Source of the DNA: an uncultured Clostridia bacterium
GTDB lineage: Bacteria; Bacillota; Clostridia; Oscillospirales; CAG-272
Direction: 5' to 3'
NCBI GenBank assembly: GCA_944381115.1
Contig: CALWJV010000002.1
Span: 26,800 to 90,799 of the forward strand
DNA: 64,000 nt
Positions within the stretch are counted from its first letter, which is position 1. Each line of letters opens with the position of its first letter. A model generated the notes under the pieces. That model searched no databases. It saw only the letters and a program-made list of their open reading frames with translations, and was not told the origin of the DNA. The translations under genes and the position numbers were made by a program. Positions 9,783 through 19,397 of this stretch are shown here, piece after piece.

Positions 9783-10964
9783 TTAATGGTGGAACAGTCT
9801 CATTCCGGTAAATGCCATTACAATTCCGTACTTGTTACATGTATCTATTACTATATCGTCTCTGATGGATCCGCCAGACTCAGCAATGTAAGAAACACCG
9901 CTCTTATGCGCTCTTTCTATGTTATCCCCGAACGGAAAGAAAGCATCTGAGCCTAGTGCTACACCGCTTATCTTACTGAGATATTCTTTTGTTTCTTCGT
10001 CCGTAAGCGGGTTCGGTCTGGTCTTGAAATATTTCTGCCAGTTCCCCTCTGCACAGACATCTTCTTCATTTTTGTTGATATAACTGTCTATAACATTATC
10101 TCTGTCAGGTCTACCAAGAGTATCAAGGAAAGGAAGGCTCAATACCTTGTCATGCTGACGCAAGAACCAAGTATCTGCCTTACCACCCGCAAGTCTTGTG
10201 CAATGGATCCTTGACTGTTGTCCGGCACCGACACCAATTGCCTGTCCGTCTACCGCAAAGCAAACGGAGTTTGACTGCGTGTATTTCAGTGTTATGAGCG
10301 AAACTATAAGATCGCGCTTTGCACTGTTTGGCAGATCTTTATTTTCCGTTACGATGTTTGAAAGAAGCGCTTCGTTGATCTCAAAGTTATTTCTTCCCTG
10401 TTCGAATGTTATACCGAAAACCTGTTTTCTTTCCACCGGATCGGGAATGTAGCCCGGATCGATCTCGACAATATTATAATTTCCCTTGCGCTTTGATTTA
10501 AGTATTTCAAGTGCCTCCGGCTCGTATCCGGGAGCGATGATACCGTCGGAAACCTCGCGCTTTATAAGTTTTGCGGTCGTTACATCACAAACATCCGAAA
10601 GTGCTATAAAATCTCCAAACGAACACATTCTGTCCGTTCCTCTTGCTCTTGCATAGGCACATGCAAGGGCAGATTTGTCAAGATCTTTTATATCATCTAC
10701 AAAGCAAGCCTTTTTTAGTTTTTCCGAAAGTGGTGTTCCGACTGCCGCGGATGTGGGGCTTACATGCTTGAACGATGTTGCCGCGGGGAGTGAAAGGGCT
10801 TCCTTAAGTTCCTTTACAAGTTGCCAGGCATTAAAAGCATCGAGAAAGTTTATATAACCAGGTTTTCCGGAAAGTATCTTTATCGGAAGTTCTCCGTTCT
10901 CCATGTATATCCTGGAAGGTTTCTGATTAGGGTTACAGCCGTATTTAAGTTCAAATGAGTTCAT
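9783..10964 (-). CDS. purH: AICAR formyltransferase (PurH formyltransferase domain only; no MGS/IMPCH domain)
   Basis: 393 aa starting 'MNSFELKYGCNPNQKP', which is the start of the AICARFT half of PurH. The MGS-like IMP cyclohydrolase domain is absent. Confidence 0.85.
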   Translation of the reverse strand: MNSFELKYGCNPNQKPSRIYMENGELPIKILSGKPGYINFLDAFNAWQLVKELKEALSLPAATSFKHVSPTSAAVGTPLSEKLKKACFVDDIKDLDKSALACAYARARGTDRMCSFGDFIALSDVCDVTTAKLIKREVSDGIIAPGYEPEALEILKSKRKGNYNIVEIDPGYIPDPVERKQVFGITFEQGRNNFEINEALLSNIVTENKDLPNSAKRDLIVSLITLKYTQSNSVCFAVDGQAIGVGAGQQSRIHCTRLAGGKADTWFLRQHDKVLSLPFLDTLGRPDRDNVIDSYINKNEEDVCAEGNWQKYFKTRPNPLTDEETKEYLSKISGVALGSDAFFPFGDNIERAHKSGVSYIAESGGSIRDDIVIDTCNKYGIVMAFTGMRLFHH

Positions 10965-10995
10965 TTTTTTATCTCCTTATGCATTTATTATAATT

Positions 10996-11721
10996 TCATG
11001 CATTTTTATTGATTACGATTTCGGTGGGCTTACTTCCGTCAAGCGGTATCTGACGGACGAAAAGTGATACTTTATTATCCGCATTAAGATTATTCCAACA
11101 GATATCGGCAAGTTCTTTTGCCGTATTCGGCATTGATACTTCTTCCGGTTCACCATAGAAAGACGGAATTGGATTGCCGTTACACTTATATGTATGAATA
11201 AAATGACCAAATCCGGCTCTGGGTTTATAAGAATAAAAAAATCTGTTACATACTGAACCATCTCCGTTGGCGCTTTTCAGAATCGACATTTCGTAATCAA
11301 ATTTATTTCCGGAGGCGTAATGAAGTATTCCGGAAATACGAGGAGTAAAGTTCGGCGCATCGTCCTCAAATTCACGTGTACGAAGTGCTTTTACGAACGA
11401 GGTGCCGTCATCTCCATGCTCTTTTATATAGTTAAAGATCGTATCTGTCTGATCTCCGTTTGTGATTATATCAATGTTTTCAAGTTTAAGATAAGGGTTA
11501 TAAATAATGAGATGCGGGTCGACCATCTTTGATTCGTCAAACGCCCTTGTTCTCATTCCCGTCTTATGCATTTCGAAAATACGGTTGCGGCTGTTTACGC
11601 TACGTCCCATGATAAAGTAAGCGAAAAGCGCCGATTTTCCGTCCGCGGACTCACCGATAACTATTCCACGACCCGGGTATGTATTTTCACTTAAAAGTGT
11701 GTTTAAATCGTAAAGTGCCAT
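10996..11721 (-). CDS. IMP cyclohydrolase, archaeal PurO-like type
   Basis: 241 aa with 'YPGRGIVIGESADGK..FAYFIMGRSVNSRNRIF', as I recall for the PurO/IMP_cyclohyd family. It sits directly upstream of the AICARFT gene. Confidence 0.8.
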   Translation of the reverse strand: MALYDLNTLLSENTYPGRGIVIGESADGKSALFAYFIMGRSVNSRNRIFEMHKTGMRTRAFDESKMVDPHLIIYNPYLKLENIDIITNGDQTDTIFNYIKEHGDDGTSFVKALRTREFEDDAPNFTPRISGILHYASGNKFDYEMSILKSANGDGSVCNRFFYSYKPRAGFGHFIHTYKCNGNPIPSFYGEPEEVSMPNTAKELADICWNNLNADNKVSLFVRQIPLDGSKPTEIVINKNA

Positions 11722-11737
11722 TTTTTTTACCCTTTCA

Positions 11738-12352
11738 TTAACTTGGATTATTTATAACTTGAGCACAGACCTTCTCGGTCGCCTCCGGCAGTATTATCCA
11801 CTCGGCGTTTTCCATAACTCTGCGTTGAAGTATCTCGGGAGTATCTCCCTCTTCTACCTCTACCGCCTTCTGCATTATTATCTCGCCTCCGTCGGCTATC
11901 TCATTTACATAATGTACGGTGGCTCCGGTAACTTTTACACCGTACGCCAATGCTGCTTCATGAACTTTAAGTCCGTAAAACCCTTCGCCGCAAAAAGAAG
12001 GTATAAGAGACGGATGAACATTGATTATTCTTTTCGGATAGCGGTATGTAAATTTTTCGCTGAGAATACACATAAATCCGGCTAAAACTATAACATCGAT
12101 TTCAGCCTTTGTCAACTTCTCTATTATCTTATTTTCAAATTCCTCTTTTGAGGCACATTCTTTTTTAAGAATGACTGCGGTTTTTATGCCCGATTTTTCC
12201 GCACGTGTCAAAGCATAGGCGTCGGATTTATTGGAGACCACCAGTTTTATCTCTCCGCTTTTTATTATTCCGCTTTTCTGTGCATCGATAAGCGCTTGAA
12301 GATTTGTACCTCCGCCAGAAACAAGTACCGCTATTTTAGCCTTATTCAACAT
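11738..12352 (-). CDS. purN: phosphoribosylglycinamide formyltransferase
   Basis: 204 aa with '[17 protein letters not shown]' and 'INVHPSLIP'. Its start overlaps the purM stop. Confidence 0.9.
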   Translation of the reverse strand: MLNKAKIAVLVSGGGTNLQALIDAQKSGIIKSGEIKLVVSNKSDAYALTRAEKSGIKTAVILKKECASKEEFENKIIEKLTKAEIDVIVLAGFMCILSEKFTYRYPKRIINVHPSLIPSFCGEGFYGLKVHEAALAYGVKVTGATVHYVNEIADGGEIIMQKAVEVEEGDTPEILQRRVMENAEWIILPEATEKVCAQVINNPS

Positions 12353-13386
12353 ATCGTTACCTTTTCCTCTGACTTGACGATCTCGCCCATGATATATGCG
12401 TCTTCGCCGTTTGCCTTGAGTACTTCTATTGCCTTATTTGCTTCGTCTTTCTTAACCACGACGCTCATGCCTACGCCCATATTGAATGTATTGAACATAT
12501 CCCTTTCCGGAATATTTCCGGTCTTTGCGATCAGATCGAAGATTGGTAAAATATTCAATGCCTTTTTCTCAATCTTCGCACCGAGTCCATCTGGAAGGCT
12601 TCTCGGTATGTTTTCATAAAAACCTCCGCCGGTTATATGAGATATGGAGCGGACGGTTACCTTATCTATAATATCAAGAATGGGTTTGACATATATCTTC
12701 GTAGGTGTAAGAAGTGTCTCACCTACGCATTTTCCGCCGAGTTCCGCAACCGGAACGGTAATGTCCTTATCACCTACACCGAATATCTTGCGAACAAGCG
12801 AAAAACCGTTAGAGTGAACCCCGCTTGATTTGAGCGCGATTATAATGTCACCTGGCTCCATAGTCTTCGGGTTAAGAATTTTCGGCTTATCGACAACACC
12901 TACGGAAAATCCTGCAAGGTCGTATTCATCTATCGGATAAAAACCGGGCATTTCGGCAGTCTCACCGCCGATAAGGGCAGACCCGCTTTGTACACATCCC
13001 TCGCTTACGCCTGATACAATTGACGCAATTTTTTCCGGTATATTTTTTCCACATGCTATGTAATCAAGGAAAAAAAGAGGTTTTGCGCCGCAACATATAA
13101 CATCGTTTACACACATTGCAACACAGTCGATACCTACCGTATCATGCTTGTCCATAATAAATGCAAGTTTTAGTTTTGTACCTACTCCGTCTGTCCCGCT
13201 TACAAGTACCGGCTTTTCCATTCCCTTTACATCGAGTTCAAAAAGCCCTCCAAAACCTCCAACGTCGGAACATACACCACTTGTAACTGTTCTTGCAATA
13301 TGTGCCTTCATTAGTTCAACCGCTTTATATCCGGCGGTTATATCTACTCCTGCGGCAGCATAACTTTCTGATTTTGAATTTAACAT
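12346..13386 (-). CDS. purM: phosphoribosylformylglycinamidine cyclo-ligase (AIR synthetase)
   Basis: 'YAAAGVDI', 'GGFGGLF', 'GTDGVGTK'. I prefer ATG at 13386 (AAAGGAAA RBS 9 nt upstream) to the GTG at 13419 given by the track. Confidence 0.9.
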   Translation of the reverse strand: MLNSKSESYAAAGVDITAGYKAVELMKAHIARTVTSGVCSDVGGFGGLFELDVKGMEKPVLVSGTDGVGTKLKLAFIMDKHDTVGIDCVAMCVNDVICCGAKPLFFLDYIACGKNIPEKIASIVSGVSEGCVQSGSALIGGETAEMPGFYPIDEYDLAGFSVGVVDKPKILNPKTMEPGDIIIALKSSGVHSNGFSLVRKIFGVGDKDITVPVAELGGKCVGETLLTPTKIYVKPILDIIDKVTVRSISHITGGGFYENIPRSLPDGLGAKIEKKALNILPIFDLIAKTGNIPERDMFNTFNMGVGMSVVVKKDEANKAIEVLKANGEDAYIMGEIVKSEEKVTIC

Positions 13387-13434
13387 AATATCGAATTTCC
13401 TTTCAAAAAGAGATTCCACTGTTTGCTTTTACTA

Positions 13435-14859
13435 TTAACCTTTTCCGTTCCAACAGTATGTGCATATCTTGGAGGGGTCGATCCCTATCGCCTTAATCAT
13501 ACCGTCAAGAGTCTGGTATTCAAGTGAGTCAAAATGCATTTTTTCACATACCGCTTTTCTGAATGCCTTACCGCGTTCGGTCGTTCCGTCGCAGTATTCA
13601 TCGATGTACTCAAAGCCCTTTTTACCTTCAAGTTCCATAATTATCCTTCTCCCGAGAAGGTCCATATCCGACGTATTTCTGGAAAAGTTAAGGTATTTAC
13701 AGCCGTACATTATCGGTGGACAAGCCGAACGGATATGTACTGACTTTGCGCCGCATTCGTAAAGAAAGTCTACCGTTTCGCGTAACTGCGTTCCGCGGAC
13801 TATACTGTCATCAACGAACATCAGGTCTTTTCCGTCGATGAGTTCGGTGATCGGTATCTGCTTCATCTTCGCAATTTTGTTTCTTTCTTCCTGATTGGAA
13901 GGAATAAAACTTCTCGCCCATGCAGGAGTATATTTTATAAGAGGTCTTGCAAACTGCTTTCCGCATCCGAATGCGTATCCCATGGCATGAGGCGTTCCGG
14001 AATCCGGCACTCCGCAAACATAGTCAACATCAGGAAGAGTTCCGTTTGCCATCTCCTGCTCTGCCATTATCCTTCCGTTCTGCACTCGCATCATCTCAAC
14101 ATTAACGCCTTCATATGTGGCATTCGGGAATCCGTAATATGTCCAAAGGAACGCGCAGATCTTCATTTCATCATTTCCCGGATCAAGTACTGTGATCCTA
14201 CTCTTTGACATCTCTACTATTTCACCGGATCGCAGTTCCTTATATTCCTTGAACCCTAGTTTTTTATATGCAAATGATTCAAACGAAACGCAGAATCCGT
14301 TGTCATTTTTTCCGATACTTACCGGAAGCCGTCCGTATTTGTCTCTTGCGGCTATAAGTTCTCCGTCTTCCTTTAATATGAGGATTGACGCAGATCCTTC
14401 AATATTTTCCTGAGCAAATTTTATTCCCTCGGCAATAGTCGGTTTTCGCTCGATTAGTGCTGCAATGATCTCCGCTGAGTTAACTTTGTTACCACCCATA
14501 CTTTGAAGAATTCCGAAATTATTCTTCAAATAACGGTCAACGATATCTTCGCTGTTTAAAATATAGCCTACCAAGGTAATAGCGTAAATTCCGAATTTTG
14601 ACTTAATAAGGATCGGAATTGGATCTGAATCACTTATACAACCTATACACGCCCTTCCCTTTAGCCGTTCAGTTATATTATCAAATTTTGTCCTGAAAGG
14701 AGTATTCTCTATATTGTGAATTTCGGAATTAAATCCGAGTTGATCATCAAAAGAAGCCATTCCTCCTCTTGCTTTGCCGAGATGTGAATGATAATCAACT
14801 CCGAAAAATACATCTTGTACACAGTCCCTGTCACTTGTTATGCCAAAAAAACCACCCAT
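13435..14859 (-). CDS. purF: amidophosphoribosyltransferase-like protein (PurF family, lacks Cys1)
   Basis: 474 aa in the purF slot, with PRTase motifs 'VPDSG' and 'FVDDSIVRGT' and a C-terminal 'CTYCWNG'. The N-terminus is MGGFFG rather than MCG. GGAGG lies 6 nt upstream of the ATG. Confidence 0.8.
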   Translation of the reverse strand: MGGFFGITSDRDCVQDVFFGVDYHSHLGKARGGMASFDDQLGFNSEIHNIENTPFRTKFDNITERLKGRACIGCISDSDPIPILIKSKFGIYAITLVGYILNSEDIVDRYLKNNFGILQSMGGNKVNSAEIIAALIERKPTIAEGIKFAQENIEGSASILILKEDGELIAARDKYGRLPVSIGKNDNGFCVSFESFAYKKLGFKEYKELRSGEIVEMSKSRITVLDPGNDEMKICAFLWTYYGFPNATYEGVNVEMMRVQNGRIMAEQEMANGTLPDVDYVCGVPDSGTPHAMGYAFGCGKQFARPLIKYTPAWARSFIPSNQEERNKIAKMKQIPITELIDGKDLMFVDDSIVRGTQLRETVDFLYECGAKSVHIRSACPPIMYGCKYLNFSRNTSDMDLLGRRIIMELEGKKGFEYIDEYCDGTTERGKAFRKAVCEKMHFDSLEYQTLDGMIKAIGIDPSKICTYCWNGKG

Positions 14860-14887
14860 TTGTCAGCCTCCGGATAAATTTATGAGA

Positions 14888-15571
14888 TTATGCGAAAAAT
14901 AATTCAGATAGCATCATCGGATCAATATACTTACCATCTTTGTAAACTCTCATATTTCCCGATGCTATTTCATCAATGAGTATTACTTCATTTCCGTCAT
15001 AACCAAATTCAAACTTAATATCATATAAGACAAGACCTTTTTCAAAAAGGTCATCAGCAATGATTTTTGTAATCTTCTGAGTCATGTCTTTTATTGCATC
15101 ATACTGCTCTCCACTCATTACTCCAAGGTCAATAAGTCCATCTTTTGTTACGAGCGGATCGCCTTTTTCATCATTTTTAAATGTCATTTCAACATAAGAA
15201 GGTAAATCCGCTCCCTCTTCAATATAGTCGCTGTATCTGCGGAAAAAACTTCCCACAGCCTTATTTCTGCAAATTACTTCAAGTCCTTTTCCAAACGGTT
15301 TTGCCGGAATAACCTCCATAGTTGTATCACCAAGATTTGCACTTATGTAGTGAGTTTTAATCCCAGCTTTTTTTAATTTTTCAAAATAATAAACTGACAT
15401 CTTTAGATTTACTGCTCCAACGCCTTCAATGGTAAGTCCTACAGAATTTTCTCCGGGATCAAATTTACCATCCTTACCGGTGCAGTCATCTTTAAACTTT
15501 AATAAATAATTCCCATTGGCAAGTTCAAACACGTTTTTTGTTTTTCCTACATATACAAGTTTTTTATCCAT
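14888..15571 (-). CDS. purC: phosphoribosylaminoimidazole-succinocarboxamide synthase
   Basis: 227 aa; 'GKTKNVF..' at the N-terminus and the length are typical of SAICAR synthetase. Operon context supports the call. Confidence 0.9.
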   Translation of the reverse strand: MDKKLVYVGKTKNVFELANGNYLLKFKDDCTGKDGKFDPGENSVGLTIEGVGAVNLKMSVYYFEKLKKAGIKTHYISANLGDTTMEVIPAKPFGKGLEVICRNKAVGSFFRRYSDYIEEGADLPSYVEMTFKNDEKGDPLVTKDGLIDLGVMSGEQYDAIKDMTQKITKIIADDLFEKGLVLYDIKFEFGYDGNEVILIDEIASGNMRVYKDGKYIDPMMLSELFFA

Positions 15572-15584
15572 GTCTTTTACCTCT

Positions 15585-16079
15585 TTATTTATTTAACTGT
15601 GTTTCAAGCATTGCGTCTTTTTCAAGTACTTTGGCTTTATCTGCTGCTCTTTTTTTATCAAGTGCCTCAGCAAGTCCAGAGTCATTGACAGCAAGCATCT
15701 GTAAACATAAAAGAGCGGCATTGGCTGCACCGTTCACTGCAACTGTTGCTATTGGTATTCCTGTAGGCATCTGTACAGTTGATAAAAGTGCATCAATACC
15801 GCCGAGGGTTCCGGATGCTACGGGGATTCCCACAACCGGAAGAGTCGTATTAGCGGCTATAGCTCCCGCAAGGTGAGCTGCCATACCGGCAGCCGCAATT
15901 ATTGCTCCGAATCCGTTCTTTCGTGCTGATTTTGTAAATTCCGCTGCTTCGACCGGAGTTCTGTGCGCAGAAAAAACATGTACCTCATATGGCACCCCGA
16001 ACTCTGCCAAAACATTTATCGCTTTTTGTACGATCGGTAGATCGCTGTCACTTCCCATAATAATGGCAATTTTTTTCAT
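15585..16079 (-). CDS. purE: 5-(carboxyamino)imidazole ribonucleotide mutase (class-I-like PurE)
   Basis: 164 aa with 'IIMGSDSD' and '[24 protein letters not shown]' (an AAHL-type class I signature). It is the first gene of the operon. Confidence 0.9.
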   Translation of the reverse strand: MKKIAIIMGSDSDLPIVQKAINVLAEFGVPYEVHVFSAHRTPVEAAEFTKSARKNGFGAIIAAAGMAAHLAGAIAANTTLPVVGIPVASGTLGGIDALLSTVQMPTGIPIATVAVNGAANAALLCLQMLAVNDSGLAEALDKKRAADKAKVLEKDAMLETQLNK

Positions 16080-16122
16080 CTCTACATTTCCTTTAGTTAT
16101 TTTTAAAAAATATTACTTTATT

Positions 16123-16151
16123 ATTGTATCATATATTATATTGATTGTCAA
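16123..16151 (-). promoter_or_regulatory. sigma-A-type promoter of the pur operon
   Basis: On the minus strand: TTGACA (16151-16146), 17 nt, TACAAT (16128-16123). This is ~40 nt upstream of the purE ATG. Confidence 0.6.
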
Positions 16152-16253
16152 GTGGCTATTTTTCCAAAATTCGTCTTTTTACGCATAAATATTTAGTTAA
16201 ACTTTTGCTGTATTTTTTTATAATTGTTTTTTAATTTATAAAAAAACTAAATT

Positions 16254-16325
16254 AAAAAAACGGCATTTTATTCAAAGATTTCAAAAACGTTTTGTCTTTG
16301 ATAACTCCTTTAGAATAAAATACCG
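16254..16325 (-). terminator. terminator after nfnB
   Basis: Arms cggcattttattc (16261-16273) and gaataaaataccg (16313-16325) have one mismatch and enclose a large structured loop. A 7-nt T-run follows on the minus strand. Confidence 0.5.
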
Positions 16326-16336
16326 GTTTTCCGTTA

Positions 16337-17734
16337 TTATTTTCCTTGTATGTACTCATCAATGGCTGTTGCCGCTTTTTTTCCTGCTCCCATAGCAAGT
16401 ATTACTGTAGCCGCTCCTGTAACGGCATCACCTCCGGCGTAAACTCCCTCAAGAGATGTTTTACCGTTTTCATCTGCAATTATTCCTCCCCATTTTTCGG
16501 TCATAAGTCCATCAGTCGTTGATTTAATAAGCGGGTTAGGTGAAGTTCCAATTGCCATAATTACACAGTCGCAGTCAAGTTCTATTTTTGATCCTTTTTT
16601 CTCGATTGGTCTGCGTCTTCCTGAAGCATCCGGCTCTCCGAGTTCCATTTCGGAACATATAAGTTTTGAAACAAAGCCGTTTTCATCTCCTACTATTTCT
16701 GTGGGATTGGTAAGTACTTTAAATTCAATTCCTTCTTCTTTTGCATGCTCGATTTCTTCGCGACGTGCAGGAAGTTCTGCCTCAGAACGTCTGTATACTA
16801 TACAAACTCTTTCGGCTCCGAGCCTTTTTGCGCATCTTGCGGCGTCCATTGCAACATTTCCACCTCCGACTACCATTGCTGCTTTGGGTCTTTCAATCGG
16901 AGTTGCGCTGTTTTCAAGATATGCCTTCATAAGATTTACTCTGGTCAAAAACTCGTTTGCGGAATATACGCCTTTGAGGTTTTCACCGGGTATTTTCATA
17001 AATCTTGGAAGTCCCGCTCCCGAACCTATAAATACAGCCTCATAACCGTATTTTTTCATAAGTTCTTCAACCGACAGCGTCTTTCCTATTATCGTATTTG
17101 TGGAAATTTCAACACCAATCTTTTTGAGTCCGTCAATTTCTCTCTGTACTATTTCTTTCGGAAGTCTAAACTGTGGAATACCGTATTCAAGAACTCCGCC
17201 TGCTACATGAAGTGCCTCAAAAACAGTAACTTTGTACCCTTTTTTTGCAAGATCTCCGGCACATGTAAGTCCAGAAGGACCTGAGCCTATTACAGCGACT
17301 TTATGTCCGTTCGGTACAGGTATTTCAGGCTCTTTGCTGCTGTGCGCATTGTGGTAATCGGCAACAAACCGCTCAAGCCTGCCTATGGCGACCGGCTCAC
17401 CTTTTATACCTCTTATACACTTCGATTCACACTGTGTTTCCTGAGGACAAACACGTCCGCAAACGGCAGGAAGCGAACTTGAACGGGAAATAACTTCATA
17501 TGCATTTTCAAATTCTCCTTTTGCAACGTAGGAGATAAAACCGGGAATATCAATATTTACCGGACATCCGCTTACGCAAAGCGGCTTTTTGCAATTCAAA
17601 CAGCGCTTTGCCTCATCTACCGCCATTTCAGGTGTATATCCAAGTGCAACTTCCTCAAAATTTTTATTTCTTACTTCGGGATCCTGAGTGGGCATATCAT
17701 TTTTCTTTAAAGACATATTAGCCATTTTAAACAT
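16337..17734 (-). CDS. nfnB: NADH-dependent reduced ferredoxin:NADP+ oxidoreductase subunit B (GltD-like)
   Basis: 465 aa with two Cys clusters ('CLNCKKPLCVSGCP', 'CGRVCPQETQCESKC') plus FAD/NAD(P) Rossmann motifs 'VAVIGSGPSGL'. It is paired with an NfnA-type gene. The exact start among three nearby ATGs is uncertain. Confidence 0.75.
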   Translation of the reverse strand: MFKMANMSLKKNDMPTQDPEVRNKNFEEVALGYTPEMAVDEAKRCLNCKKPLCVSGCPVNIDIPGFISYVAKGEFENAYEVISRSSSLPAVCGRVCPQETQCESKCIRGIKGEPVAIGRLERFVADYHNAHSSKEPEIPVPNGHKVAVIGSGPSGLTCAGDLAKKGYKVTVFEALHVAGGVLEYGIPQFRLPKEIVQREIDGLKKIGVEISTNTIIGKTLSVEELMKKYGYEAVFIGSGAGLPRFMKIPGENLKGVYSANEFLTRVNLMKAYLENSATPIERPKAAMVVGGGNVAMDAARCAKRLGAERVCIVYRRSEAELPARREEIEHAKEEGIEFKVLTNPTEIVGDENGFVSKLICSEMELGEPDASGRRRPIEKKGSKIELDCDCVIMAIGTSPNPLIKSTTDGLMTEKWGGIIADENGKTSLEGVYAGGDAVTGAATVILAMGAGKKAATAIDEYIQGK

Positions 17735-17801
17735 TCTCTTTCATATTTTATAAATTTAAAGTCATATGGAAATGCAAACAGTATTTACTTTTTTGGAGAT
17801 A

Positions 17802-18644
17802 TTACCGCGGTTGCTGATTCAATAGATGACAAGTCTTTTCGCGTGCTTCTTTTTCAAAATCTCTGTACATGGAACCTCTTGCCATTGCCTCATCAAAATC
17901 TACAAGATGCCCGTCAAAATCCGGACCGTCGACACAGGCAAATTTAGTTTCGCCGCCTACCGTAAGACGGCATCCTCCGCACATACCTGTACCGTCAATC
18001 ATAATTGGGTTCATACTGACAACTGTTTTTATTCCGTGTTCCTTTGTAAGTTTGCATACGAACTTCATCATAATCAGTGGACCTATCGCGATTACTTCAT
18101 CATAAGTTTCCCCTTCTTCAATAAGAGTTTTCAATGCATCGGTAACAAGTCCTTTTTTTCCTGCAGTTCCGTCATCACTCATTAAAATGAACCTGTCACT
18201 CACACTTTTAAACTCATCTTCCAGAATAACGAGATCTTTTGATCGAAATCCCACAATTGTATGTACTGTCGCACCGCTTTGATGAAGTTTCTTTGCAACA
18301 GGATAAGCGATCGCAGATCCGACTCCTCCTCCTATAACGGCAACTTTTTTTAATCCATCTGTCTCAGACGGTCTTCCAAGCGGACCCGCAAAATCGCATA
18401 TATATTCCCCTTCGTTCATTGCCGCGAGTTTTTGCGTCGTTGCTCCGACGGCTTGTGCTATAATAGTAATTGTTCCTTTTTCTCTATCGTAATCTGCAAT
18501 GGTAAGCGGTATCCTCTCTCCTTCGGCATCTGTACGAAGTATAATAAACTGACCCGGTTCTGCCTTTGCGGCAATAAGCGGTGCCTCGATTTCAAAAAGC
18601 GTGACAGTGGGATTTAATATTTTTTTCCTTAAAATCTTATTCAT
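17802..18644 (-). CDS. nfnA: NfnA / sulfide-dehydrogenase-like FAD-NAD-binding subunit with a C-terminal 2Fe-2S Cys motif
   Basis: 280 aa with a ferredoxin-reductase-like fold ('GQFIILR', 'IGGGVGSAI') and 'GTGMCGGCR'. It lies immediately upstream of nfnB. Confidence 0.75.
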   Translation of the reverse strand: MNKILRKKILNPTVTLFEIEAPLIAAKAEPGQFIILRTDAEGERIPLTIADYDREKGTITIIAQAVGATTQKLAAMNEGEYICDFAGPLGRPSETDGLKKVAVIGGGVGSAIAYPVAKKLHQSGATVHTIVGFRSKDLVILEDEFKSVSDRFILMSDDGTAGKKGLVTDALKTLIEEGETYDEVIAIGPLIMMKFVCKLTKEHGIKTVVSMNPIMIDGTGMCGGCRLTVGGETKFACVDGPDFDGHLVDFDEAMARGSMYRDFEKEAREKTCHLLNQQPR

Positions 18645-18656
18645 TTTTTCTCCTTT

Positions 18657-19397
18657 TTATCTTCCTCTTCGGCCGCCTTTGAATCCTTCGCCTCGACTTC
18701 TGCCGCCGCTTCTGTTGCCGTGGAAAGAACTTGATTTTATAACGCTTACAGTTACAAACTTTCCCACAAAAGAGTCATTACTGACTTTAAGGTCAAGTTT
18801 TGCATATCTGTCGAGCGGATATTTTTCTGAACGTATTTTTTTGTTATATGAATAAATGATGCATCCGACAAAAATACCTGTAATTAAAATCGCAACTGCA
18901 ATAGCAATTGCAAAAATCGCAAAAAAATCAGTACGGCATTCATATGCACAAAGTTCCATACACCTTATAATGCCAGCTTTGTAATTTCCTGATTTTATGT
19001 TTTTATACACCCCGGGATCATCAAGAATCTCAAAATGTTCATCATAACTTATTTTTTTATAACTTTTTCCGTATTCATATATATTGTAATTGCGGCTCTC
19101 GTTGTCTGTAACGATAATTACTATAATATCCCCTTGCGGTATGCTTTCTTCGTTTAAAAAATCGTCACCTTGATAATTTTCATAATTTTCGCTGTCATCG
19201 GTTACTACGTAAATTGCGGAAAAACTATCCTCAAAATATTTTTTTGCTTCGGCTTCTATTTCTGATTCTTCAGCAGTTGTGAGAATATCCGCTTTATCGT
19301 ATACTATCTTTTCCCTTTGATCTTTTTTACAAGAATTTAAAAAAAATACAGAAAAAACTATCAGTATAAACATGTATGCGATATATTTTTTTCTCAT
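18657..19397 (-). CDS. TPM-domain (YgcG/YdjH-like) lipoprotein with a C-terminal TM helix and Gly/Arg-rich tail
   Basis: It has a lipobox 'FFLNSC', a TPM-like 'ADILTTAEESEIEAEAKKY..IYVVTDD', a TM helix near the C-terminus and the tail 'GNRSGGRSRGEGFKGGRRGR'. An ATGA start/stop overlap joins it to the upstream gene. Confidence 0.55.
   Translation of the reverse strand: MRKKYIAYMFILIVFSVFFLNSCKKDQREKIVYDKADILTTAEESEIEAEAKKYFEDSFSAIYVVTDDSENYENYQGDDFLNEESIPQGDIIVIIVTDNESRNYNIYEYGKSYKKISYDEHFEILDDPGVYKNIKSGNYKAGIIRCMELCAYECRTDFFAIFAIAIAVAILITGIFVGCIIYSYNKKIRSEKYPLDRYAKLDLKVSNDSFVGKFVTVSVIKSSSFHGNRSGGRSRGEGFKGGRRGR

Noticed and set aside
16155-16175. PurBox-like sequence AAAGACGAATTTT (minus strand) just upstream of the pur promoter -35.
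   Set aside because: It matches the B. subtilis PurR box consensus AWWWCCGAACWWT at only ~10 of 13 positions. I could not find the required second, inverted box at the expected spacing. Such a match is easily produced by chance in AT-rich DNA.
16080-16336. Looked for a purine riboswitch upstream of purE, and for ZTP (pfl-motif) riboswitches upstream of the AICARFT gene, purD (9586-9782) and fhs (42942-43031).
   Set aside because: No conserved cores are present (no ..TATAATCGCGTGG..-type junctions and no GGGTCGTGAC / CCGCCTGGGC elements). The regions are AT-rich, and the purE leader is only ~40 nt. A covariance-model scan would be the definitive check.
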